A stretch of DNA of 64,000 nucleotides from Burkholderiales bacterium (GTDB lineage Bacteria > Pseudomonadota > Gammaproteobacteria > Burkholderiales > Burkholderiaceae_F): NCBI GenBank assembly GCA_037442465.1, contig JBBIQI010000001.1, positions 5,498 to 69,497 of the forward strand, read 5' to 3'. A program made the translations under genes and the position numbers. Of this stretch, positions 1 to 9,584 are shown in pieces (position 1 is the stretch's first letter; the number at the start of each line of letters is the position of its first letter). The notes beneath the pieces were generated by a model. That model worked only from the letters and a program-made list of their open reading frames with translations, searched no databases and was not told where the DNA came from.

Positions 1-234
1 CTTCCTGTTCGTCGGCACCGTCAGCAGTTCGTCGATCTCGCGCTCGAACTGCTGGAAGATGCAGTTGATGATGTCGTCCTTGTTCTTGAAGTGGTAGTAC
101 AGGTTGCCCGGGGAGATGTTCATCTCCTCGGCGATGATCGTCGTATTGACGTTCGGCTCGCCGAAGTCGTTGAACAGCCGCAAGGACAGCTCGAGGATGC
201 GTTCGCGCGTTCTTCGCGGCGGTTTGCGTTCCAT
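1..234 (-). CDS. TetR/AcrR family transcriptional regulator (5' part only; runs off the window start)
   Basis: Not in the ORF track. ATG at 234 reads MERKPPRRTRERILELSLRLFNDFGEPNVNTTIIAEEMNISPGNLYYHFKNKDDII, a TetR N-terminal HTH; open to position 1. Confidence 0.9.
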   Translation of the reverse strand, partial: MERKPPRRTRERILELSLRLFNDFGEPNVNTTIIAEEMNISPGNLYYHFKNKDDIINCIFQQFEREIDELLTVPTNRK

Positions 235-410
235 CGGGATCGGGATGCGCGGCGCGGCGGCGCCGACGTCTTGTCGCCGGCGAGAATAGCACCGGCTCCG
301 TTGCGCGCCATGCGCCGGGTCTTCGGTGCGCTTCGCACCGGCGTGTTCGTCATCCTGCCGCTGTGCCGTGCGATCCCGGGGGCCGCGCATGTGCAAGGAC
401 GACGGTGTCG

Positions 411-1679
411 TCAACCGGCGGCCACGCGCAGCCAGCGCTCCAGGTCGTCGAGCGTGTGGCCGAGCATGCGCGTCGTTGCCGACGAGCGCGACTCGATCCA
501 GGTTTCGCGGTGGCGGCGGATGCTCTTGACCAGCGTCATGCGCTCGTCGCGCAGCACCGCGGCGTCGATCTCGATGCCGTGGCGCGCGAGCGTTGGCGCC
601 AGTTCGTGGCGCCGCACCCACAGCTCGTGGCGCGTCTTCTGGTAGGCGTGCTCGCACAGCCGCCGCCGACTCGAGTACGAAAACAGGTTCGTGAAGAACA
701 TATCGGCGTCGGCGCGATTCGGCTGGAACAGCACGATGTCGCTGTGCGGGTAGGCGGACCTGTAACGCTCCATGCCCGCGCCCAGCCGCGAATGGATGAT
801 CGAGCGAAACGTCTGCGCCAGCACCACCGGCAATCCTCCTTCGACCAGTTTGTCGAGGTGATGTGCGCGGTCGCGTGTGCGGTGGTGCGGGGTGGCGTCG
901 TACGGCACCAGCGGGTTGAGGCAGATCAGCAGGTCCACGCCCTGCTCGAGCGCGATCGACGCGTGCAGCGTCTTGCGCAGCGCGCCGTCGACGTAATCGC
1001 GGCCGTCGATACGCACCGGCGGAAACACCCCCGGCAGCGCCGCCGATGCCTGCACCGCACGCGAGATCGGCACGTGGTCGTAACCCGGAGCGCCGAAGGC
1101 CACGGCTTCGCCGGTGTCCAGATCGGTGGCGACCAGGAAAAGCCGACGGCCGAGTTGGCGAAAATCGTTGGTGCGCCCTGGCTGGCTGAAGATGCGGGCC
1201 AGATAGCGATGCACCTCGTCGCCGTCGAACATCCCGGTCGGGATCGCGCGGCCGAGGCGCTCGAGCGCCGCCAGCGGGTCGCCGGGCCGGAACAGGTAGT
1301 TCCACAACGCGCTTGCCGCCAGCGGCGGCAGCGAACGGATGCGTCGCCAATATTCGCGCAGCGCCGGCCGCAGCAAGATGGCCGGATCGAACCGATCGTC
1401 GGTGCGGCTGCCCTCGATGAACAGCCGCGACATCTGATGCGGCGTGAAACCGTTGGCCAGCCCGGCGGCGATGAAGGCGCCGGCGCTGACGCCGACGTAA
1501 ACGTCGGCGTCGTTGAAGTCGAATCCGCGCAGCGCCTCCGCCAGTGCAGACAGCGCGCCGATCTCGTAGATCGCCCCCAACGGTCCGCCGCCCGCAAGGG
1601 CCAAGCCGACGCGTGGACGGTGCCGTGATCGGGCACGGCGATGGTCGGAGCCGCGGCGGGCGGCGGACCGTTCCCTCAT
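411..1679 (-). CDS. Patatin-like phospholipase/esterase
   Basis: LALAGGGPLG glycine loop, GVSAG nucleophile elbow, DGA catalytic Asp motif. Start moved to ATG 1679 (MRERSAARR); the upstream part of ORF 411..1880 looks non-coding. Confidence 0.85.
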   Translation of the reverse strand: MRERSAARRGSDHRRARSRHRPRVGLALAGGGPLGAIYEIGALSALAEALRGFDFNDADVYVGVSAGAFIAAGLANGFTPHQMSRLFIEGSRTDDRFDPAILLRPALREYWRRIRSLPPLAASALWNYLFRPGDPLAALERLGRAIPTGMFDGDEVHRYLARIFSQPGRTNDFRQLGRRLFLVATDLDTGEAVAFGAPGYDHVPISRAVQASAALPGVFPPVRIDGRDYVDGALRKTLHASIALEQGVDLLICLNPLVPYDATPHHRTRDRAHHLDKLVEGGLPVVLAQTFRSIIHSRLGAGMERYRSAYPHSDIVLFQPNRADADMFFTNLFSYSSRRRLCEHAYQKTRHELWVRRHELAPTLARHGIEIDAAVLRDERMTLVKSIRRHRETWIESRSSATTRMLGHTLDDLERWLRVAAG

Positions 1680-1893
1680 ACGCCAAAGCGAACCGTCTTC
1701 AACGAAGCGCGGATCCGTCCGTGCCCGACGCAGGCCAAGCCGATGGCCGCACGCCGCCGCCGCGGTGCGTGACGCCCCGGCGGCTTCGCGCCGTGCGCCG
1801 CCGGCGCCGACCGGCTCGAGCGGTCCATGATGCCGCGCTGGTGGTGCACCGGCGCGTCCTTCGCGGCGGACGGCCGGCATCGCTCGGCTTGGC

Positions 1894-2355
1894 TCAGCCG
1901 GCCGCCTTGCGGGCGCGCGGCGCGCGCGCTGACTTGGCAGCCCGCGCCCCTGACAGTTTTTGCACGCTAGCGGTCAGCTCCTCGACCCGCTTGGTCAGCG
2001 CATGGATCTCCTTCTTGGTCGGCACGCCCAGACGCGTCAGCGCGCGCTGCACGCGGTCCTCGAACACGCTCTCGAGTTTGTCCCATGAGGCATTCGCCTG
2101 CTTCTGAAAGCTGCCGGCCATCTTGGTGACCTTGCTGGTGACCTCGTTGACGCGGTCTTCGGTGAGTTTCATCGTGCGCTTCTGGATCGAGTTGCCTTCC
2201 TTGACGAGTGCTTCGAAGACCTTGGTGCCTTCCTCCTGCGCCTTGGAGAAAGCGCCGAGGCCGGCCAGCCAGATCTGCTGCGCCGATTCCTTGATCGCCG
2301 CTGCGAGCTGACTGTCCTTGCCGCTGTCTGCCATCGCCTTGAGTTTCCGGACCAT
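1894..2355 (-). CDS. Phasin, PhaF/PhaI-type PHA granule-associated protein
   Basis: IKESAQQIWLAGLGAF...VFEALVKEG and WDKLESVFEDRVQRALTRLGVPT motifs; short Ala/Lys/Arg-rich tail. Confidence 0.9.
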   Translation of the reverse strand: MVRKLKAMADSGKDSQLAAAIKESAQQIWLAGLGAFSKAQEEGTKVFEALVKEGNSIQKRTMKLTEDRVNEVTSKVTKMAGSFQKQANASWDKLESVFEDRVQRALTRLGVPTKKEIHALTKRVEELTASVQKLSGARAAKSARAPRARKAAG

Positions 2356-2554
2356 GTTCGACTCCTTCCGTGGTTCGAGGTTATCGACACAACGCAGTCT
2401 ATGGACGCACGCTAGAGGGCGCCAACTAAACCGCGCGCAACGCGTAGAGCGCGTTCTCTACCGCACGCGTGCGGCGGCGCAGGGCCGCCGTCAGGAAGGC
2501 GGTGGTTAGAATCGGTCGGCCATCATGAACAAGACCTCACGAGGAGACGCCACC

Positions 2555-4561
2555 ATGCAGTACTTCGTCACCGGAGCCTCGGGCTTCATCGGCAAGCGGC
2601 TGGTCAAGAAACTGCTCGCGAGGCGCGGCGCGGTGGTCCGCTTTCTGATTCGCGAATCGAGCCGGGACAAAGTGCCGGAGCTGCTCGCCTACTGGGGCGT
2701 CGACGAAAAAAAGGCGATTCCGGTCTACGGCGACCTCGCTCAGCCCGGCTTGGGCCTGTCCAGGGCGGCGATCAAGGAACTGGTCGGCAGAATCGACCAC
2801 TTCTTCCACTTGGCAGCGGTCTACGACCTGAAGGCCGACGCCGAAAGCCAGGTGATCGCCAACGTCGAAGGCACGCGCCACGCGGTGGCGCTCGCCAACG
2901 AGCTTAAGGCCGGCTGCTTTCAGCACGTCTCTTCGATCGCCGCGGCGGGGATGTACGAGGGTGTCTTCCGCGAGGACATGTTCGACGAAGCGGAAAACCT
3001 CGAACACCCGTACTTCAGCACCAAACACGAATCGGAGAAGATCGTCCGCAAGGAGTGCAAGGGCGCCTGGCGCGTTTACCGGCCGGGGCTCGTGGTCGGC
3101 GACTCCAAGACCGGCGAGATCGACAAGGTCGACGGTCCCTACTACTTCTTCAAGCTGATCCAGAAGATGCGGCGCATGTTGCCGCCGTGGATGCCGACGA
3201 TCGGCATCGAAGGCGGCCGCATCAACATCGTTCCGGTCGATTTCGTCGTGGATGCGATGGACCACATCGCGCACGCCAAGGATCTCGACAACCGCGCGTT
3301 CCACCTGGTCGACCCGACGCCGTACCGCGTCGGCGACGTGCTCAACATCTTCGCCCGCGCGGCGCACGCGCCGGAGTTCGGGCTGCGGATCAACGCCGCG
3401 CTGTTCGGGTTCATCCCGCCGAGCGTGCGCAAAGGGCTGCTGGCGCTGACGCCGGTGCGCCGCATCCGCGACGCGGTGATGAAGGATCTCGGACTGCCGC
3501 CAGACATCCTGCAATTCGTCAACTACCCGACGCGCTTCGACTGCCGCGACGCCGCGGCGGCGCTGAAGGGTAGCGGCATCGAGTGCCCGCGGCTGGAAGA
3601 CTACGCGTACCGGTTGTGGGACTACTGGGAGCGCAACCTCGACCCGGATCTGTTCGTCGATCGCACGCTCAAGGGCCAGGTGCAGGGACGCGTGGTGCTG
3701 GTCACCGGCGGCTCGTCGGGAATCGGGCTCGCGGCCGCGAAGAAGATCGCCGCCGCCGGTGCGGTCACCGTGATCGTCGGCCGCGAGCAGGACAAGCTCG
3801 ACGCGGCGAAGAAGGAGATCGAGGACGGTCTCGGCGACAACGCCAACGGCGGCCAAGTGGTGACCTTCTCGGCGGATCTGGCGAATTACGAGGGCTGCGA
3901 CAAGCTGGTCGGCTGGCTGGTCGAAAACTACGGCGGCGTCGACGTGCTGATCAACAACGCGGGCCGCTCGATCCGGCGCGGCATCGAGTCCAGTTACGAC
4001 CGCTTTCACGACTACGAGCGCACGATGCAGCTCAATTACTTCGGCTGCCTGCGCACGACGATGGGGCTGCTGCCGCACATGGCCGCGCGGCGGCGCGGAC
4101 ACGTCGTGAACATCAGTTCGATCGGCGTTCTGACCAACGCGCCGCGGTTTTCCGCGTACGTCGCCAGCAAGGCAGCGCTCGATGCGTGGACGCGCTGCGC
4201 CGCGAGCGAGTTCATCGACGTCGGCGTCACCTTCACGACGATCAACATGCCGTTGGTGAAGACGCCGATGATCGCGCCGACCAAGATCTACGAGAACGTG
4301 CCGACGTTGACGCCCGACGAAGCCGCCGATCTGATCGTCGAGGCGATCGTCTACAAGCCGGTGCGCATCGCCACGAGGCTCGGCATCTTCGGCCAGGTGC
4401 TGCACGCGCTGGCACCGCGTATCGCGCAGATCATCATGAACACGACGTTCCGGATGTTCCCCGATTCGCCCGCGGCCAAGGGCGCGAAGGAAGGCGAGAA
4501 GCCGAAGGCCACGCCGGATCAGATCGCGTTCGCGACCCTGATGCGGGGGATTCATTTCTGA
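2555..4561 (+). CDS. Two-domain SDR, fatty acyl-CoA reductase (Marinobacter Maqu_2507-like)
   Basis: Two Rossmann motifs (TGASGFIG, TGGSSGIG) and two YxxxK motifs (YFSTK, YVASK). Signatures DKVDGPYYFFK, WDYWERNLDPDLF, NAGRSIRR and the RGIHF C-terminus match my recollection of Maqu_2507. Start MQYFVTG at 2555. Confidence 0.85.
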   Translation: MQYFVTGASGFIGKRLVKKLLARRGAVVRFLIRESSRDKVPELLAYWGVDEKKAIPVYGDLAQPGLGLSRAAIKELVGRIDHFFHLAAVYDLKADAESQVIANVEGTRHAVALANELKAGCFQHVSSIAAAGMYEGVFREDMFDEAENLEHPYFSTKHESEKIVRKECKGAWRVYRPGLVVGDSKTGEIDKVDGPYYFFKLIQKMRRMLPPWMPTIGIEGGRINIVPVDFVVDAMDHIAHAKDLDNRAFHLVDPTPYRVGDVLNIFARAAHAPEFGLRINAALFGFIPPSVRKGLLALTPVRRIRDAVMKDLGLPPDILQFVNYPTRFDCRDAAAALKGSGIECPRLEDYAYRLWDYWERNLDPDLFVDRTLKGQVQGRVVLVTGGSSGIGLAAAKKIAAAGAVTVIVGREQDKLDAAKKEIEDGLGDNANGGQVVTFSADLANYEGCDKLVGWLVENYGGVDVLINNAGRSIRRGIESSYDRFHDYERTMQLNYFGCLRTTMGLLPHMAARRRGHVVNISSIGVLTNAPRFSAYVASKAALDAWTRCAASEFIDVGVTFTTINMPLVKTPMIAPTKIYENVPTLTPDEAADLIVEAIVYKPVRIATRLGIFGQVLHALAPRIAQIIMNTTFRMFPDSPAAKGAKEGEKPKATPDQIAFATLMRGIHF

Positions 4562-4732
4562 CCGTCCCGACCCGGCTCGAACGGGTTGTCCGCCAGCGCT
4601 CGGAGCCACGTCCGTTTTGAAGGAGGAGGCTGAGCCGGGGACGGGAGGACGCGCGCGGTCCCGGCAGTCTTCGCTGCGGGTGTCGCGTGCAAGGGCAGGG
4701 CGCAGTCGCGTCGCCGTCAGCGCCGGTCGCGG

Positions 4733-5644
4733 TCAGGTCCGGCGCGCGCGCAACTCGCGCTCGACGATGTCCCACACGCGCCGATCCTCGATCGTCGCCA
4801 GGTGCCCGACGCTGGCGAGCACGTGATGGCGCGCGCCCGCGAGCAGCGGGCTCGTGCGCGGAACGATCAGGTTGTCGTCGACCGTGGCGATGCAGATGAA
4901 CTTCGCTCGGCGTGCTGCGTCCTCGCACGCGGCCAGTTCGCGCAGGAAGTCCGAATCCGGCCGCATCTGCGCGGCATTGCGCCCATGGCCGAAGCGCGCG
5001 AGCAGCGTGCCCTGATGCGGCGAAGCGATCGTGATCGCGCCGGCCACGGCCGAGTCGCCGTAGCGGCGCAGGTAGCAGCGCACCGCCAGTCCGCCCATGC
5101 TGTGGGCGACGAGCCAGACGCGATCGGCGCCGCTCGCTGCGCGCAGCCGCGCGATGGCCGCGTGGACCAGGTCGGCGTAACCGTCCAGATCGCCGAAGGG
5201 CGGCGCCAGATCGACGGTCGCGACGTTGCAGCCGGCGCAGCCGCCGGCGTCGAGCCACGGTTTCCAGACCGCGCGATTGCACAGGTAGCCGTGCACGAGC
5301 AGCACGGCCGGCCGTTGGCCATCGCGCACGATCGGCGGTTCGGGAAATCCGGCGAAAAACGGCATGCGCCACGCGAAGGCGCGCAGCGACGCCGACGTCT
5401 CGCGCAACCACACCGCGAGCACGTGCAGGATGGGCGCGCGCGGGCGGCGCGAGTCGACCGCGGCGGCGATCACGAACTCGATGCCGAGCACCAGCGCATG
5501 GCCCGCCGGCGGCACCGCGAGCCCGAGCCCGAGCGCGAGCGCGACCCACGGGTTCGTACCGTCGGGCAGCCACCATGCCGCGAGCAACGCGCCGCCGCCG
5601 ATCTGCGCTGCGAGCGAGAACCGCAGCAGCGTCGAGAGCTTCAC
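4733..5644 (-). CDS. Membrane-anchored alpha/beta hydrolase (lipase/esterase)
   Basis: VLLVHGY oxyanion region, AHSMG nucleophile, DDNLIVP Asp, GHL His; hydrophobic N-terminus. GTG start at 5644 overlaps the upstream TGA (GTGA). Confidence 0.8.
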   Translation of the reverse strand: MKLSTLLRFSLAAQIGGGALLAAWWLPDGTNPWVALALGLGLAVPPAGHALVLGIEFVIAAAVDSRRPRAPILHVLAVWLRETSASLRAFAWRMPFFAGFPEPPIVRDGQRPAVLLVHGYLCNRAVWKPWLDAGGCAGCNVATVDLAPPFGDLDGYADLVHAAIARLRAASGADRVWLVAHSMGGLAVRCYLRRYGDSAVAGAITIASPHQGTLLARFGHGRNAAQMRPDSDFLRELAACEDAARRAKFICIATVDDNLIVPRTSPLLAGARHHVLASVGHLATIEDRRVWDIVERELRARRT

Positions 5645-7458
5645 CGCGCCGCCTCGCGGCCTGCGGGATCGACGTCGATCCAGTTCCACTGCCGCGCCGT
5701 GAACGGGTGGCGCCGGTAACCGTCGACCCACGGCTGCGCGAGATCGAGGATCAGTCGGTGCAGGTGGAACTTGTACGGCATGTAGGCGGTCAGCAGACGC
5801 GCCGCGCGGTGCAGCAGTTGCAGGCGCTCGGGTCCGTCGGGCAGCACGCGCTGGCGTTCGTACAGCGCGTTGTATTCGGGCAGGTCGAAGCGCGCGTCGT
5901 TCAACTGTTCCTTGTTCGGGCCGTAGCCCATGCCGAACAGGTTGTCGCTGTCGGGGCCGCCGACCTGCCAACTGTAGCCCCACATCATCAGCTTGCCGGC
6001 GAGCGACATGCGCAGCAGCTCGGGCCACTGCGCGATGCGGAAGCCGATGCGCAGGCCGACCGCGTTCATGTAGCGCTTCCACAGCTCGTTTTGTTTGCGG
6101 TCGAGCGAGGTCGCCGACGAGGCCAGCTCGAGCACGAGCGGTGAGCCGTCCGGCATTTCGCGCCAGCCGTCGCCGTCGCGATCGACGTAGCCGAACATGT
6201 CGAGCAGCGCGGCCGCGCGCGCTCGGCTGAACTCGCCCATCTCGCTGCGATAGCCCGGGTCGTAGCCGAACGTGCCGGGCACGATCGGCGACTGCGCGCG
6301 CACGCCCTGGCCGGAAAAGATCAGCCGGATGTATTCGTCGCCGTCGATCGCGAGCGCGATCGCGCGGCGCAGCGCGATCTTCTCCGGCGTGTAGCCGCCG
6401 ACGACCGGATGCTCGATGTTGAAGTACGTCAGCGCGACGTCGGCGGCCGCCGTGCGGCGCATGCGCACGCCGCGCCGCTGCAGAAAAGGCGCGAGCCGGC
6501 CGTCCGGCGCCGCCAGCGCAACGAACTCCAGCGGCACCGCCAGCACGTCGAGTTCGCCCTGCTGGAAGGCGAGCCAGCGCGGCTGCGATTCCTCGATGAT
6601 CGAGACTTCGACGCGCTCGACCAGCGGCAGGCGCCGTCCGCGCAGCCGCGCGACTTCGTCGCGCATATCGGCCGCATCGGCGGCCGGCTCGAAGTCGTAG
6701 CGCTCTTCGCGATAGTCCGGATTGCGTTCGAGCACGATGCGCGACGAGCGCGTCCAGTGCGCGAGCCGGAAGGGTCCCGTGCCGACCGGATGCGCCATGA
6801 TCGCGTCGCCGTAGGTTTCGACCACTTCGCGCGCGACCGCGCCGAGCAGCGACGCGTCGGCGAGGTTGTACACGAAGCGCGGATTGGGCTCGGCCAGCCG
6901 GATCTGGAACGTGTAGCGGTCGAGCGCGCGCAGGCCCCCGACCTCGCGGTCGTAATCGAACGGCTTCTTGCTGCGGAGCGCCTGCTGGCGCAGCTCGGTG
7001 AGGCCCAGCAGCCTGCTGTTTTCGAGCGTAAACAGCATCGGACTCTTCCAGCGCGGGTCGTACAGGCGCTTGAACGAGTAGACGTAGTCGTGCGCGGTCA
7101 GCTCGCGGCGCGCACCCCTGAAGGCGGGATCGTCGGCAAAAAAAATGCCCGGTCGCAGCCGGATCGTGAACGTGCGGTAGTCGGACGAGACCTCCGGCAG
7201 CGCGACCGCGGTGTTCGGCCGCAGCTTCGCCGGCCGCGCGAGGTAGTCGTATTCGAGCGGCGCGTCGAGGATGTGCGACAGCACGGTGCGCGAGTACAGG
7301 TCCTGCACCTGCGCCGGATCGAAGCCGGTTTCGGCGGTCGGGAAGGCCACGCGCAGTGTCTTCGGGCCGGCAGCGCGCGGCTGTGTGGCCGCGGTGCGCG
7401 CGCCGGCCAGCGGAGCGAGCGGCGCCGTCGTCAGGAACTGCCGCCGCGAAGGGCTCAT
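5641..7458 (-). CDS. ABC transporter substrate-binding protein, family 5 (peptide/nickel type), Tat signal; paralog 1
   Basis: AETGFDP motif, HPVGTGPF motif, signal MSPSRRQFL. Alternative GTG start at 7473. Confidence 0.88.
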   Translation of the reverse strand: MSPSRRQFLTTAPLAPLAGARTAATQPRAAGPKTLRVAFPTAETGFDPAQVQDLYSRTVLSHILDAPLEYDYLARPAKLRPNTAVALPEVSSDYRTFTIRLRPGIFFADDPAFRGARRELTAHDYVYSFKRLYDPRWKSPMLFTLENSRLLGLTELRQQALRSKKPFDYDREVGGLRALDRYTFQIRLAEPNPRFVYNLADASLLGAVAREVVETYGDAIMAHPVGTGPFRLAHWTRSSRIVLERNPDYREERYDFEPAADAADMRDEVARLRGRRLPLVERVEVSIIEESQPRWLAFQQGELDVLAVPLEFVALAAPDGRLAPFLQRRGVRMRRTAAADVALTYFNIEHPVVGGYTPEKIALRRAIALAIDGDEYIRLIFSGQGVRAQSPIVPGTFGYDPGYRSEMGEFSRARAAALLDMFGYVDRDGDGWREMPDGSPLVLELASSATSLDRKQNELWKRYMNAVGLRIGFRIAQWPELLRMSLAGKLMMWGYSWQVGGPDSDNLFGMGYGPNKEQLNDARFDLPEYNALYERQRVLPDGPERLQLLHRAARLLTAYMPYKFHLHRLILDLAQPWVDGYRRHPFTARQWNWIDVDPAGREAAR

Positions 7459-7598
7459 CGATTCGCGATTCACGCGAGCGTCGCGCAGCGACTCTCGAAT
7501 CCCCCCTGTCCCGCCGGCAGGAGGGCGCGGACGAGGCAGACGGACATCAGCATCATGCTCCGGCGCGTCATCACCGCAAACTCATGCTCGTCAGAACG

Positions 7599-9437
7599 TC
7601 ACTTTGCGGCGCGCGCCTGCGCGCCCGGATCGATGTCGACGTACTGCCACCACTCCAGCCAGAACGGAGGCCGCCGATAGCCGATGACCCAGGGTTGGGC
7701 GAGGTCGTTGATGATCCGGTGAACGTGGAACTTGTACGGCGCATACGCGATCAGGATCTTGTTTGCGCGCCGGAACAGTTCCAGCCGTTCTGGGCCGTCA
7801 GGCAGTACCTTCAGTCGCTCGTAGATGCGGTCGAATTCCGGCAGCTTGAAGCGCGACAGGTTCTGTCCGCCCATCTCCGGGCTGTAGCCGCGCGCGAACA
7901 CGCCCTGCCCGTCCGGGGACGCGGCGCTCAGGCCGACGCCCCACATCATGAACTTGCCCGCGCGCGCCTGTCTGAGCTGTTCGGGCCACTTGGCGATGCT
8001 GAAGTCGAGCCGCAGTCCGAGCGCCTCCAGGTTCTTCTTGAACAGCTCGTCGAACTGGCGCGAAATCTGGTCGGGCTGCGTGGAGAGCACCAGCCGCAGC
8101 GGCGAGCCGTCCGGCTGCTCGCGAAAGCCGTCGCCGTCGCGATCGACGTAACCGTACAGGTCGAGCAGCGCACGCGCGCGCGCCAGGTCGTACGTGCCCA
8201 TCTCGCTGCGGTAATCCGGGTCGTAGCCGTAGGTCTGCGGCATCAGCGGCGATTGCGCCGGGATCGCCTGTGCGCGGCGTACGAGCCGGATCTCGCGGTC
8301 GATGTCGATGCCCAGATTGATCGCGCGGCGCAGCGCGATGCGTTCCGGCGTGTAGCCCCCGATGACCGGGTCGTCCATGTTGTAGACAGTCATCGTCACG
8401 TCGGCGGCGAGCGTGCGGTACAGCTTGATGCCGCGCCTGGCCAGATGCGGCGCGAGCTTGCCGCCGGGAACGACCAGATTCGCGAAGTCCAGCGGCGTGC
8501 CGTACAGCACGTCATGCTCCTCGCCGACGAACGCGAGATAGCGCGGCTGATTCTCCTCGATGATCGAAATCTCGACGCGATCGACCAGAGGCAGCCGGCG
8601 GCCGCGATAGCGCTGCGCCAGTGCCTGGCCATCGGCATCGTCGTCGTTGGGCGTTTCGTCGTAGCGCACGTCGCGAAAACCCGGGTTCGGCTCGAGCACG
8701 ATGCGCGACGAGCGCCGCCACTCGGCGAGACGGAACGGCCCTGTGCCGACCGGGTGCTCCATGATCGTGTCGCCATAGAACTCGACGACCTCGCGTGCGA
8801 CCGCGCCGTTGACGTCGGGTGTGGCAAGGCTGTAGAGGAAGCGCGGGTTGGGCTCGGCCAGCCGGATCTGCAGCGTGTAGCGATCGAGCGCGCGCAGTCC
8901 CTCGAGCGGCCGGTCGTAGTCGAACGGCTGCTTGGTCTTGAGTACCTCGTCGCGGTACTCGTTCAAACCCACCACCCGGTCGAGCAGCCAGACCGCGACG
9001 TACGGCGCCTTCCAGCGCGGATCGTAGAAGCGCTTCCACGAGTACACGTAGTCGTGCGCGGTCAGTTCGCGGCGCTGGCCCTTGAAGGCGGGATCGTCGG
9101 CGAAGTAGATGCCGGGGCGAAGGCGCACGGTGAAAGTCCGGTAGTCGGACGAGACTTCGGGCATCGCTGCCGCCGTGTTCGGCTTCAGCCGGTAGGGCCG
9201 CGCGAGATGGTCGTACTTCAGCGGCGACTCGAAGATGTGCGCGGTGACGATGCGGGAGTAGATGTCGCTGATCTGGACCGGGTCGAAACCCGTCTCGGCG
9301 ACCGGAAAGGCGTAACGCAGCACCTTGGCTTGCGCCGCGCCTGCTTTCGCCTGGGCGAGCACGGGCAGCGGCGCGGCGAGCGCGCCGCCGGCGATCAGGA
9401 GCGCGCGGCGGTCGGGTGAGCGGGGAGGGTGGGTCAT
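7599..9437 (-). CDS. ABC transporter substrate-binding protein, family 5, Tat-like signal; paralog 2
   Basis: VAETGFDP and HPVGTGPF motifs; N-terminus MTHPPRSPDRRALLIAGGALAAPLPVLA; ATG at 9437. Confidence 0.88.
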   Translation of the reverse strand: MTHPPRSPDRRALLIAGGALAAPLPVLAQAKAGAAQAKVLRYAFPVAETGFDPVQISDIYSRIVTAHIFESPLKYDHLARPYRLKPNTAAAMPEVSSDYRTFTVRLRPGIYFADDPAFKGQRRELTAHDYVYSWKRFYDPRWKAPYVAVWLLDRVVGLNEYRDEVLKTKQPFDYDRPLEGLRALDRYTLQIRLAEPNPRFLYSLATPDVNGAVAREVVEFYGDTIMEHPVGTGPFRLAEWRRSSRIVLEPNPGFRDVRYDETPNDDDADGQALAQRYRGRRLPLVDRVEISIIEENQPRYLAFVGEEHDVLYGTPLDFANLVVPGGKLAPHLARRGIKLYRTLAADVTMTVYNMDDPVIGGYTPERIALRRAINLGIDIDREIRLVRRAQAIPAQSPLMPQTYGYDPDYRSEMGTYDLARARALLDLYGYVDRDGDGFREQPDGSPLRLVLSTQPDQISRQFDELFKKNLEALGLRLDFSIAKWPEQLRQARAGKFMMWGVGLSAASPDGQGVFARGYSPEMGGQNLSRFKLPEFDRIYERLKVLPDGPERLELFRRANKILIAYAPYKFHVHRIINDLAQPWVIGYRRPPFWLEWWQYVDIDPGAQARAAK

Positions 9438-9584
9438 CGTTGAAATGGCCGTTTGGTGCTTGTCCGCCTTGCTATCGGCGGGACTGCGGCGGATACGAGG
9501 CGGCGGCCGCCTTGGCACCGCAGCGGCAGACTCCCGCTGCGTCCCTCTCCCGACGGGGGACCGGATGCGGCTCCGCTTTGTGCG

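Noticed and set aside
348-377. CGTCATCC...GATCCC as another REP copy
   Set aside because: The ends resemble the CGTC-type unit but the internal palindrome is not preserved; too weak to call without a genome-wide profile.
4731-4742. GGTCAGGTCCGG resembling SRP (4.5S) RNA
   Set aside because: The required GAAGGAAGCAGC continuation is absent; the match is the lipase stop-codon region.
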